Assembly (NCBI GenBank): GCA_964234715.1
Contig: OZ174284.1
DNA: 64,000 nt
Source: Podarcis melisellensis
Lineage: Eukaryota
Direction: 5' to 3' (one strand)
A model generated the notes under the pieces. The model was given only the letters and a program-made list of their open reading frames with translations. It was not told the origin of the DNA and did no database searches. Of this stretch, positions 1 to 12,265 are shown piece by piece. Each line of letters starts with the position of its first letter. Position 1 is the stretch's first letter. Position numbers and translations under genes: made by a program.

Positions 1-693
1 TTTAAAAGAAGAAGTTGGAAAAATTATACCTATGGAGGAAGCTAGGAGAAATTTCTGGTGGTTAAATCTCTTTGAACTTGTAAATAATGAAGTAATTGTA
101 TTTCAAACAGCATCTGCTACATCCTTTGACATTTGGACAATCCATTTTGAGAGGTGGAAACAAAACTACTAACAAATCAGGTTGGTGTATTTGGTTTTTG
201 AAAATGGAGAAGTAAAGAAAAATTGTGACAACTTAAAGACCAACCAATTTTATTATGGGGTAAGCTCTCATGGACTAGAGCCCACTTCAGATGTATGGGG
301 TGTGGTCCTCAGTTGTCAGGCATATAAAGAGAAAACATATATGTAAAAGGGGAAAACAGGAACAGTAGAATTAAATCGCAACGGAATGTAAAAGAAATGG
401 AAGAAAACAGGGCAGGGAAACCTGTGACTCTCCAGGTCTAGTTGGACTAAAATTCAATTTTTAAAAAACTCAATTGGTCATGCTGCCTGCTTACTCCATT
501 TGCCTGGGAATAAATCCCATTGAATTCAAAAGGACTTACTTCTGAGTAGACATGGCTAGGATTGCACTGTTAAACCATATAATAAGCATATCGCCACAAC
601 CCAGTTAAGCATCTTAGCTGACATTATTTCTAGTGAGAGAATTAAGCACAAGCTCTCTCCTGCTGAAATAACTAAGGTTTTTTTTTAAACAAT

Positions 694-721
694 GGCGGCG
701 GCGGCGGCAGCAGCAGCAGCA
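694..721. repeat. Compound (GCG)4(GCA)5 trinucleotide repeat
   Basis: Directly visible. Confidence 0.9.
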
Positions 722-1439
722 AGTTAAATTTGGCTGAATTGTGCCCCAGGGCAGATGCAAAATGAAAATAAATAATTGAGTTGTGTTTCTCTCCTGCCCC
801 ATGTCACATGATAAATCCACTTGTTTCCTCTGTTTTCAAAGTTCAGAAGTGAGCATGGATTCTTACGGAGCCACATGACACTGCACAGAAGGGGCATGTC
901 AGCAGACTGGAGGAAATCCTAATTTTTGCAGTGGTTAAAAAGGGGAAGGGCAGAATGAAAATGGGAAAGTACATCTTTAAAAACCTGTCCAGAGAGGACT
1001 GATTGTGCACAGAGGTCACAGTATACTGATTATAGGGGAGGGCGTGGAAATCAGTGGGAGGAGGGATGGAATGGAGTACCACAGAGGAGGCATGGTTGAC
1101 TCACAGGAACAGTGAACAAGAGCACTCCACACTGCAACCTTTTGTTGTTGCTCCTGTTTAAATATTGATGTGCAAGTGGAAAGCAGGAAGGACAATGGAA
1201 TGCACTGTGCACAGGGCTGCATCTGAATACAGCAGGAAGAGTGGCTTTTCAGAATGCTCAAGCAAGGTCAAAGCAGTGACAGACCTCAAGGTCTCAGGTT
1301 TCAGTGGTGCCCTGTGTGACACCAAAAGTCTTCACCCCCGCCTGTCGCTTTCCATTCTATATCATAGTTGTGGCACCCCCTGCAGTGACCCCCAAGCTCC
1401 GCGCCTAGTGCAACTGAACCAGTTGCTTTCCCCTAAATT

Positions 1440-1794
1440 GTTGTTGTTTAGTCGTTTAATCGTGCCCGACTCTTCGTGACCCCATGGACCAGAGCACGCC
1501 AGGCACTCCCGTCTTCCACTGCCTCCCGCAGTTTGGTCAAACTCATACTGGTAGCTTCGAGAACACTGTCCAACCATCTCGTCCTCTGTTGTCCCCTTCT
1601 CCTTGTGCCCTCCATCTTTCCCAACATCAGGGTCTTTTCCAGGGAGTCTTCTCTTCTCATGAGGTGGCCAAAGTACTGGAGCCTCAGCTTCAGGATCTGT
1701 CCTTCCAGTGAGCACTCAGGGCTGATTTCCTTAAGAATGGATAGGTTTGATCTTCTGCAGTCCATGGGACTCTCAAGAGTCTCCTCCAGAACCA
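1440..1794 (-). mobile_element. BovB (RTE clade) LINE, 5'-truncated 3' end
   Basis: Minus-strand ORF 1448..1795 reads ILKEISPECSLEGQILKLRLQYFGHLMRREDSLEKTLMLGK..RWLD..WRALVHGVTKSR, the BovB ORF C-terminus. (AAC)n tail; 11-bp TSD tcccctaaatt at 1429-1439 and 1795-1805. Confidence 0.92.
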
Positions 1795-4700
1795 TCCCCT
1801 AAATTAGCCTCTGGTAAAATTCAAACAACCACCCCCAGAATTTCCAGTCTGTCTGACTTCAGAGGAAATACCTTCCAAACCAACCGTGTACTAATTACTA
1901 GACCCCATACCTTCATAGGATGAAGTTGGACATTAGATTCTATAATCACATTATGGAAAAGAATGGAGGACTGAGGGAAGGCAAGGGGGGGGAAGCAATG
2001 AAATTTATTTTTCCAGTGGTAATTCCCATTTGAGAAGATAAAAACCAACTGGTAATGGAACACACTTAATATCTCTAAGCCACTTACCAACTACAAGGCA
2101 CACACACAAGTCTAAGTACATGTGGTGGAAGAATGCTAGACCAACTGCACCTTGGAAAGTGATCAGTAATGCTTTTAGACTTCTATATCCGTTTGATACT
2201 TTTATCAGATTTGGCAATGCACCTTCACTTTGTTTGAATTGTCAGTAAGTTTAGGAAATGCTTTCCAAGGACCTTAGTGCAACACATGTGTTGGGCTGTG
2301 AATGTTATCAAATGCATTTCTTAATACTAATATACCCTTTGTCCAAAAATGAAAGCCTCACATCTGAGCAGTAATTGTAATGTCCTTTGCTGAACGGAAG
2401 CACATTTCGGATAGCACAGATTTTTGTATTTTTACCCTGTGCTCATACTTATGTTCTGCTTCTTCTTTTCCTTATTTCAACACATTTTTTAAAAAATAAA
2501 CTGTTGCATCTATAAGCAATGTGCAGTATGACTGTAGGAAGAGTACCTCTACTCTTCAGTTTCCCTTTTGTTGTATAAGTACAATATTAATTCACTATCT
2601 GGAGGTCTGTTGCGAGAAAGCCATTTCCTACTGAGAAAACCTATTTAACACCTGGCTTTAAGTACTTTCCATCACAGTGCTATGAGCCTTCATCCAGGCA
2701 GATACAGCAGCTCACAGAATCAAGCTTATGCATCCTAGCATTGGCGGGAGGACATAATATCTTGGGCTAGCCATGAGAACATGTATTTCTGAGGGGGGAA
2801 ACATGCTTAGAGATGCAATGCACAGAAATATAATGGCCTAGACTTGAATGAAAGCTCTGAGAGAAGAGAGATTCCAGATTCAATAACTCAATTTGTTCTC
2901 TAGGTAATTCTCTTTGAACATTCAAAAGGCAGAGTAAATTAGATCTTACTCTGCCTTTTAAACATTCAGAGTCAGTTGCCTTGGAAAACAAATTGAATTA
3001 TTGAATCTGGAATTTCTGTTCCCATTGAGTTTTCATTCAATTCATCATACTCTAGCTCTCTAGCTCAACATTTACCAGTAACTCTCATTTTCCAAGTGTG
3101 CGTGGATGTGAATAAGACATTAAAACTCATTCCTGAATAGTGCATAAGGGAAATGTGGCAATATGTCGTTTTAGCAGTAAAGTCCATCATAGTTTTTCTA
3201 ATATTTTGAGGCCATAACAATCATTTTTTAAAAAAATATCAATGTCTGCTTTACGCAAAATGTGATGACAACATGCCCCCCAAGCAGTAGATGATATTTT
3301 TATACTTTGTAAAAAAATATAACACACTCTAAGCATTTCTCTAAACATAACACAAAATCATAAAAATATTTTTAGTAGATTTTAGGAAAAAAAGGAAAGA
3401 AGGCTCAGTTTTCCTCCTCCAAGATTGTGTATGAATCATCTTAAAAGATCCATCTTTTTCCATCTGCTAGAATCATTTCACACTTGGAACAAACTATCAG
3501 GTGAGAATATTTTGTCTTCTTTTTTTTATTAAGTGGAGACTTCTGCAAAGTCTTCTTTCCATGTTATGGATGAAGAAAATGTAGTTTTTGTGTGAAGATA
3601 TAGGTCTTATTGGGGTTTTGTGTATTTATTTCAGCACTCTTACACAAAAAATAGCATTTCAGCATTTAAATATCCCAATAGTAATATGAATGTTATAGGC
3701 CAGCTTTACAATGACATCAGTAAAAACTGACCAGACTAAACCCATCACCTTCTTTTCTCTAAATCATGTTCTTAATTTTGAGGGCCTACTCCAGAGTAGG
3801 CTTTGGAGTAGGCTGATTTCATACTACAATACGCAACTCAGAATTTCTATTTGTCCAGCAGAGGGAGCTCATGCTTTCAACTTTTTTTCCTTTTCCACAC
3901 ATGCAAATTCTAGAATTCCTTTTTTTAAAAAGCCTTTTAAATTATTGTTGCTGTTTCTTAAAAAAATATGGACACACATACTTCTTGCATATGTGTAGAA
4001 GTTAAATATATATACGGTAGTTTGTAAGACTGGTAATATATTGGACTTATCTAGCTCTGAATTAAAAACTAAACAGCTTAAATATTTCTGAAATTTTCAG
4101 GGTGGCATTTACAGCCTCAGTTTTGCTAGTGGACAGAGACCTATACTAACTGCATAGAAATATAGATTGAGAAGGAAGCAGAAGAGTGTAAAATCAAGTA
4201 CAGAGTGTGTCCCAAAGAAGCATCAGTGGAGGTCCCAAATCAAGGTTAGGGTACTTTTCTCCAGCTTCTTTCAAAAATCATCATTATGCAATCTGAACAA
4301 AATTTGACAAGCCAGTATTATCATTATTGAACCTTGGTGTGTTTCCTAAGAACATAACATGCATTCTAGGTAACTAGGAAGAAGACCAGATATGAAAGGC
4401 TCCTTGTTCTGTGAAAAATGACTCCCCAATCTGATTGAACTTTCATCACTTGAGCTAAGGGGTTCCACTTGAGTACAGCGAGAACTCTCACCTAGCTGTT
4501 GCAATTTGGAGCACTGTAGCTTACTTGGAGAAATCATCTCAGAACTGGCTTAGGGGAGGGAGGGGAAACCCCGAGCCCTTGCCACAGTTTTGAAAGTTTA
4601 TTTGCAAATCAGCACTTGTTTTCTCTTTCAGTGGTTTCATGTGGATGAGGGAAATGCAACTTTATTGCAGTGGTGGCATACTTCTGAATTTGTTAGAATA

Positions 4701-4962
4701 ATAATGTTCTGGTAGAGTGGGTGGTGAGACGTATCCAAATGTAATGATAGCAAATAACTTGTTGGTTTGTTTTTTAATTAATTGCATGAAGTTGGAATGA
4801 ACCCATCCCATTTCCTTTTCTTTCCACTTCTAGTACTGCAAAGGGCAAGTTGTAATTATTTAAATGTAAAACATTTTAAAATTTAAACTTCAAATGCTTT
4901 TTTAAGGTGAATGCTCTGCATTTCAATCAAGGAAATGTACTGGAACAAATACTTGGTTTTTT

Positions 4963-4977
4963 TATCTATCATCTATC

Positions 4978-5025
<48 letters not shown>

Positions 5026-5040
5026 CTCTCTATATATATC
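4963..5040. repeat. (TCTA)n microsatellite with (TC)/(TA) tail
   Basis: Directly visible. Confidence 0.95.
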
Positions 5041-5692
5041 AGTTACCAACCTCTTACAATACAATTCATATTGTATTTGGACATGGCCCTGCCCCACCCC
5101 CAGCTTCTTCCTTGAGGAGGAGCTAGTGATATGACCCAGAATGACTCACTGAGTAACCTGATTAAACACACACTGTTTCAAAGAGCCTGATTCGGAGATC
5201 AGACGTTGTAGTCTTATAAAAGTAATTCAAGTATAGGCTCAAATGTATCAGGCTTTTGGATACCAGTGTATCAAGTTCTCAAGGCGTGGCATTTATCACC
5301 CACTGGAATTTGCTGATAGGTTTATATTATTTAGCATTTGAAAAGTGAATTGAGCTTAACTGTACATGTGTGTGGTCTGGAGGACTGCAGGTGCATTTTA
5401 TATGGAGCATCTGGTCTTTCAGAGTGGCAAAACTGAAGGGGGCACCAATACATAGTGTTCTACCACAGCATCCCCCATCCCATTGGGCATCGTGTTGGAT
5501 TACCTTGTCTTTCTGGCTCTAGTCAGTTAAAGCAATAGTTTTGGGGTGCCTGTTATGAGTGCATAGTCCTTGTAAGGGCACAGAAGAGACAAACATGGGC
5601 AGGAAGGCTTTCCTATTTTGTTAGAAGTTTCTCATTTTGTTGAAACCAAAGTGTGCTTTCACTGACATATGTATCACTAAAGCTCTCCCTTG

Positions 5693-6016
5693 CATGGGTA
5701 GACAACCTAAGGCCCGGGGGCCAGATTTGGCCCAATAGCTTTCTAAATCTGGTCCACGGACTGTTCAGGAATCAGCGTGTTTTTACATGAGTAGAATGTG
5801 TCATTTTATTTAAAATGCACCTCTGGGTTATTTGTGGGGCCTACCTGGTGTTTTTACGTGAGAAGAATGTGTGCTTTTATTTAAAATGCATGTCTGGGTT
5901 ATTTGTGGGACATAGGAATACGTTTCTTCTATTTTATTTTTTTAATATAGTCCGTCCCCCACAAGGTCTGAGGGACAGTGGACCGGCCCCCTTCTTAAAA
6001 AGTTTCCTGACCCCTG
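5693..6016. mobile_element. Non-autonomous hAT-like DNA transposon with internal ~60-bp duplication
   Basis: Termini catgggtagacaacct / agtttcctgacccctg resemble CAGGGGT-type hAT TIRs; subterminal ggccc motifs; the block tgtttttac.tgag.agaatgtgt..ttttatttaaaatgca occurs twice. No clean TSD seen. Confidence 0.65.
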
Positions 6017-8284
6017 CTCTAAGTTCTATAGACATGAGAACAAGTGAAGAAAGATCATGCAACAATCCTGGATATATGAGATCAGGATTCCTCAAGTGGG
6101 TCATGCATACTCCTGAGACTGGCTGTAACAGAATCCTATTCCCCGTTGTAACTGGAGAAGGGAGGAGAATGCGGAGGAAGGCAATCCATTGACTTCTATA
6201 GTAATGTTTTGATACCTGTTTTAAGGCATAAGAGTGGGAACTCTTGCACTCTCTTGAACTCGCATTTCTCCCTTACTATGCTCCTGGTGCTGCACCATCA
6301 TGGTACTAGTCTGCCCATGCCATGATGTAGCTGGTGATAGAATCCTACCAGTGCAAAGGTATCACTAAGCTGGTGGTTATTTGTTCTGCAGTACTCCGCT
6401 TCACCATTGTAGGGTAATTCTACTCAGCTGCCCATCAGGTTTAACTCAGGAATAAATACTCTTTCCCCATAACACAAGGTGATGGGAATCATCAGACCAA
6501 ATGCACTCATGTGAAAGGAAAACCCTCTATTTGGTAAACAACAACCTCCCTGTTCTTTTCTCATTATATTGTATTTTAGGGAAGGGGTTGTTGTATTATA
6601 CATTGCATGGTACATTGCACAGGCACCAGAAGGGAAGGGTGTGCATTTCTTATATTAATAAATAAAGTTTAACTTGATATATTTATTGACCATTTCCCCT
6701 GACCATTGCATTACAAAGAATCACACAGGATGGAAACCATATCCTCTGGGCATCAATATGTCAATTTTCACAGGAAATGTTATAGGAAATGTTAAATAAA
6801 AACAGGAATCAAAATGAACTGCTAACAAAGCAATCATACAGTATTTTCCTGGGCAAGCCAAATTCCTTAGGTTTGTAGAAAGTTCATTGGCTAGAGATAC
6901 ACTTGCATATTACATCCCAGTTATATGATCCATTTGTATATCTAGCCCAACCATATAATAATACTCTTCTGCATTTATTCTTGATTAACTGGCTACCCCT
7001 CTTCCCAAAGCCAACCAAAAGTGGCTTAAAATTCAAAATAGTTTTAACAATAACGATAAATCAGTAAGTAAAAACCCCAACAGTAACAGCAAAAGCAGAG
7101 TTAGAATCAACATATCTAATTGTTCTGGGAAAATGTAAAAGGACTTACCCGGCACCAAAAAGACAACAGACTCAATACCAAGCAAACTTTCTTGGGTGGC
7201 AGTTGCAAAGCTTTAGCATTACCAAAGGGGAACCTTTATCCCCAGTGTCCTCTCCCCTCACCTCCGATAGTGGAATAACCCACAAAAGGGTTTCCATGGC
7301 TGGCTTGGTTGGAAGGAAGCAATCTACTGGTATGTAATGTGTCTTCCATACACATAAAAAGTCTACTCCAGAAAGATTAGTAAATCACACTGCTAGCAAC
7401 CCCAAGAGAGCGTCCCCAACATATGATGTCTTATAAGAGAGTGGAAATAGTGTCATTTCATACATGTGGAATTGTGGAGAGTGGGTCTTACATAAATAGA
7501 ACTTCAAACGATGCATATGGTCTGATTATAGTACAAATATTTGGCATGCAGCACAAAATAAAGAATTCCAATCCAATCACATCCTGCTTCCAATAAGGAC
7601 AAAGAAACCCCCACCCCAACACTAGATTTATTCAAAGGTTAATATTTGTATTAGCAGCAACTAAATAAAGATATGTTACTATTGCACACTGGCCTATTAG
7701 ATAATCAAACATATGCATAAAAAATAAATAATGTCCAAGCAAAATATCATTTCCCCCCTCCCTCTCAATTATTAATCAAACCGCATTTATCAAAAGGAAG
7801 TAGCGATATCAAGCCTAAAGCATTATTTCCTTAGCATGAAAAGAGCAAGGTAAACAGTGGACATTATACTCTTTTGGAACAAATTAAATATGCCTATAAC
7901 AACCCAGCAAAGAATGCAAATAGTGTTTAATCATATGTTTGAAAAATATTTGCTTATCAGTTGACTAAAACTATGCAGGCGTGGTATTCTTTGGTAAAGT
8001 ACATAGATGACTGTTGGAACACACAATGAATGGGGCTGCCATCTTGCCTAAGGCGAACTGCAGTTATTCAGGCAACTGCCATTTTAGAAATTAATGGAAC
8101 TGCAAGTGTCCTGTTTACTCCAAGTTACTGAGGATTGTTCAGAAATTCCCCCAGTTTGATGAGAAATGTTTGCATTCTGTACAAGCATAACTGAATACCT
8201 GAAAACTACTTTGCAGTGGTGCATATTCCTTCTGAAGGACATCTGAGTCAGGTTTCCCACCTCAGATGTCACTTGCTATTTCTC

Positions 8285-8490
8285 TGTGGCTGATAAGTGT
8301 GTCTATCTAGGATTGGGGAGACGAGTGTTCAAATCCCCACTGAGTCATGAAACTCCCTTGGTGACCTTTGGCCTGTCGCTTTTTCTCAGTCTAACCTACC
8401 TCACAGGGCTGCTGTGAAGATAAAACTGGTGTAGGAGGCAGGGTATGCCATCCTGAGGAAAGGGAAGATATATATTCAATATAAATATAT
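8285..8490 (+). mobile_element. Old tRNA-derived CORE-type SINE (MIR/Squam3-like)
   Basis: B-box-like gttcaaatccc; core ggtgacctttggc..tctcagtctaacctacctcacagggctgctgtg; A-rich end. Confidence 0.65.
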
Positions 8491-8517
8491 AATCTGGTAC
8501 AAAACAAGAGATCCCTC

Positions 8518-8610
8518 CTTCTTCTTCTTCTTCTTCTTCTTCTTCTTCTTCTTCTTCTTCTTCTTCTTCTTTTCTTCCCTTTTTCTTTTTTCTTCTTTTC
8601 TTCTCTTTTG
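8518..8610. repeat. (CTT)n microsatellite decaying into a pyrimidine tract
   Basis: Directly visible. Confidence 0.95.
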
Positions 8611-9068
8611 CTTGATTACTTCCCCTCAGATTCTTGCATTACTATCCAACATCCCATACCGGACCCACAAAAATACACAGCGTTATTATAGTTGGGGAGG
8701 AGGTCAAATCCTCCTATTTAGCCAAGAAATAAGCTAAAACTTCATCCAGAGCCGAACAATTGAAATGAATCAGGATTTGCAGGCTCAAATCGTCCTCCCT
8801 AACAGATTGAAACTGATGCACAACTTGCCCATAAGGGAAAGAACTGAACTGCTGTTTGAACGCTATATATTTTTAAAAACTTGATAATTAGCAAGTAGAC
8901 TTTGTTCTACTGTGGTTGTTTTTTTCCCATCAACTCTTAAGTTTTTAGACTGTGGGGGGGGGGGACCCTGCCTTACACTTGGGGAAGAGTAGACGTAGGA
9001 GACAAAACTATAGTCCTGCTTCTACAGTAAGGACATAATGTTGTCGATCTGGTCGCTGTCACAATGGG

Positions 9069-9161
9069 CATAGCTGTCAACGTTTCCCTTTTTTTTTAAA
9101 GGGAAATTCCCTTATTCCGAATAGGATTCCTCGCAAGAAAAGGGAAAAGTTGACAGCTATG
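9069..9161. mobile_element. 93-bp MITE with 27-bp TIRs and 7-bp TSD
   Basis: catagctgtcaacgtttcccttttttt ... aagaaaagggaaaagttgacagctatg (2 mismatches); caatggg on both sides (9062-9068, 9162-9168). Confidence 0.85.
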
Positions 9162-9179
9162 CAATGGGATAAATATCTG

Positions 9180-10860
9180 AAACCGCTGCGTGATACCTGG
9201 GTGAGATTAGTAACCCTACCCACTGCCCCCCCCCCCGTCTGGCTATGACTGCCACCAGACAGATCTAGGCTGCTTAAAGAAAACGCTCTCTTGGGAAAGG
9301 GGACTGAAGAGACGCTTCACACGTGTCTGACCTCCTGCTTCTTTAACAGCTGCAGGGCGGTCAGAAAAGCTGCACCTGCTGAATCCCCGCCACCATGGAG
9401 CGGTTGAAGGTGAAATTTTTTTGGGGGGGGGCGACTTCCCGTAAGAACAAAGTTCCCGCTGACATTTGACGTGAGGGGCTTCGGTTGCGCGGGGTTTGTG
9501 TACGTCGAGGGGGAAACTACAGCCGTCCCGGGCTTTAGTTGCGTCAAGGACTATCGCCTCGCAGCTCTGAGGCGCTGCCAAGCTGGCCTTTTCCCGCTTG
9601 GCACACCAAACAGCAGCAAGGAGAAGGGGCGGGAAGGGAGCGAAGCGCGCCTAAACTCCCACTCGGCGTTCGCATCTGCCAGCTTCTGTTCCCGCCCGGC
9701 TCTGGCAAGAGAGCGCACAAGCCCCACCCCCTTTTCTGTCGCTCACGCAACCACGCCCCCCCCTTCTCCGGCGCTGGCAGGAGCAGGGAGCGCGGCGGCG
9801 AGGCGACGTCGGGGCGACGTCAGCGGGCGCGCGCGGTTCAGACTCCAGCTCTTTAAAAACAGCGTGTAAACTGAGATGCTCCTGCAAAGAGCGGCTCGGG
9901 CTTACGGGAGCAGCAGCAGCAGCCGCCACCGCAGTCCCTCCAACTGCAGTTTCGTGAGCTGCCAGCTATTCTAAGCGTCCCCTCTCTGGGCGAGTTTGAG
10001 GCTATATATTCACAGAAGAGCGAGAGTCGCCTCCCCACCTCAAAAAGCCGAGCGCGCGCCTCCGAGCACCGGCAAGCCCCCGCGCCGTACAGCTGAGGGG
10101 GGAATGTCAGCGGCTCCCTCGGCTTCTCAGGAAAGGAGCTCCGCCGTTTTCGCCGCTCGCCCCCTCAGCGCTGCCTTGGCACCATGGACACCTCCTCTGC
10201 CGCCGCCCGCGCGCTGCTCCTTGCCAGCTTGCTGGGGTTCCTGGGCGCGGCGGTGCCGCTTGCCGGCGGAGGCAGCCCGTTCGGAAGGCGCCCGAGGAGC
10301 TGCCCGGCCGCTTGCCACTGCGAGGAAGACGGGATGCTCGTGAGAGTGGACTGCTCGGACCTGGGCCTGGCCGGCCTGCCCGCCAACCTCAGCGTCTTCA
10401 CCTCTTACCTGTAAGTGGCTTGGGCGCGCGGGGCAGGCGCCCTTTTTTTGCAGCTGTGGGAACGAAGAGGGGGGGGGCAGGGCAATGAGAAAGCCGCTAC
10501 CTTAGTCGTCGGTGAGGCTAGGGATAGGGGGTGATGCTATGATTACGCCATCGGCGTGCTTTACGAAGAACAGGTAAGACAGGTCCCACCTCGAGGGTTT
10601 ACAAACTGAGACCCGCTGAAGCAACGGAGGAAGGGGACGGGCGAGATGAAGACATGCGAGGAGGGCTCTGTGATTCTATTTCAACTGCGCAGACTTCGGC
10701 TTAGTTAGAATAAGGTATAAGAACTAGGGGAGGATAAAGGATCTCGTCGATCTCGGTCCTTTGCGCGATGGTCGCCCGTGCCAGAGCAAGACCATGTTCT
10801 GCAGAGGACGTGATGTCCTGGATTAAGCAGGGGACAGCGGTATCCGAAATAAGCCATGCT
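9180..10860 (+). promoter_or_regulatory. CpG island / LGR5 promoter and 5' UTR
   Basis: Sharp rise in GC and CpG against a CpG-poor background. GC boxes ggggcggga (~9626) and ccacgccccc (9751); CRE-like tgacgt (~9467) and cgacgtca (~9815); TATA-like tttaaaa (~9852) and tatatat (10003). Boundaries approximate. Confidence 0.85.
10184..10410 (+). CDS. LGR5: LGR5 coding exon 1 (signal peptide + LRRNT cysteine cap)
   Basis: Strong Kozak accATGg at 10184. Translation MDTSSAAARALLLASLLGFLGA...CPAACHCEEDGMLVRVDCSDLGLAGLPANLSVFTSY(L) closely matches the remembered mammalian LGR5 N-terminus (CPTHCHC..RVDCSDLGLSELPSNLSVFTSYL). Donor gtaagt at 10411, phase 2. Confidence 0.96.
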
Positions 10861-11909
10861 GCTTAAAGCGATGGGTATCTAGTAACCTAAGCAAAACCCT
10901 GTGGTGTGTCTACTGGTTTAGGTTTGTCCCTCTCAAAGGGAACTTCGTGAAAATGGTTGTTTTTTCCTGTGATCCTGTTCCACAGTTATGGTTACTTTTT
11001 TAAAAAAAAAATGCAGATGAGCTGTTCCGAGAGACTGTTGCGTGAGCGCTAAAAACAATTAAGCACATTGTGGAGTTTGAGTTTGTTCTTTGGGAGCAGT
11101 GGAGTTTCACAAGAAAGAAGGTGTCCGTCTCAATAGGTTTGTTACCCTATGGGTGTTGTGGGGTCAGCACTCCTCACATATGCAATTCCTTCACCCTCAG
11201 GATGTCAATGCCATAAAAATGCCAGCCTATGCATTTAATGGGATTTAACTTTTCCATGGAAAACCCAATAGATTTTACTGTTGCCAACAACACATTTGCA
11301 TTCTGTGGAACGCATCCTAACATGACATGGAATCAGAGGCAGTTCTTTAAAAGTTGGGCTATCTGACAGTCTCGTGTCTGTCCACCACTCTGACTACATC
11401 AGATATAACTGAGGTGGGCAGCACTGTGTAATTCCCAAGCTTGAGGCACTCTGGTTTCAGACAGATGTGCCTGTTTTCCACCACCAATGGGCAACAAAAA
11501 TCCAAATGGAGCCTGACAGAGTCTTGGGAACCATCCTCAAGAGCTAAAAAATCTGATTCAGCATTGCAACCAGCATCAGGAGCTATGATATAAATATTAT
11601 TCTAAAAATACTTACGTTAGGATTGAGCATAATCCATGTCACTTTCAAATCTGTAGGCTGCAATCATGCATTCTATTACATTCAGCGGGGCTACTGAAAA
11701 CTAAGTGAGCCATGGTACTTGTTACAGCTCTCCAATACTTGGTACTCTTTGTTCGTATATTCTGAGCTGGAAGGTACCAGGGGATGGAGATGGTAGAGTG
11801 CTGAAATATGTTTAAGGCTGTAGGTCCTGTAGAAACATGCCTGGTAGTATGTATGGTTGAACTCAGTGGGTTACTTCTTAGCAGAGACAGTCAGGATTTA
11901 CAGTGTCAC

Positions 11910-12265
11910 GTAAGGTAACGGTAAAGGACCCCTGGATGGTTACGTCCAGTCAAAGGCAACTATGGGGTGCGGTGCTCATGTTGCTTTTCAGGCTGAGGGA
12001 GCCAGCGCTTGTCCACAGAAAACTTTCTGGGTCATATGGCCAACATGACTAAACTGCTTCTGGTGCAACAGAACACTGTGATGAGTGCCAGGTGCACAGA
12101 AATGCTGTTTACCTTCCCGCTGCAGCATTACCTATATATCTACTTTCACTGGTGTGCTTTCAAACTGCTAGGTTGGCAGAAGCTAGGACAGAGCAACGGG
12201 AACTCACCTCGTCACATGGATTCGTATTGCCCACCTTCTGATCAGCAAGCCCAAGAGGCTCAGTG
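11910..12265 (-). mobile_element. Sauria SINE (diverged, 5' end incomplete)
   Basis: Reverse complement of the (ACCTTT)-type tail (aaggtaacggtaaaggacccc); body matches the copies at 28389 and 45430 in reverse. Confidence 0.85.

Noticed and set aside
1-250. Exon of a neighbouring gene or L1 ORF2 end
   Set aside because: A short open frame (..FWWLNLFELV..DIWT..) only vaguely resembles an L1 C-terminus; no splice or homology support, so left uncalled.
9243-10401. Overlapping GC-rich ORFs on both strands as separate genes
   Set aside because: Expected stop-codon depletion in a CpG island; low-complexity Ala/Arg/Pro/Gly translations with no recognisable domain. Only the ATG-initiated uORFs were kept as hypotheses.
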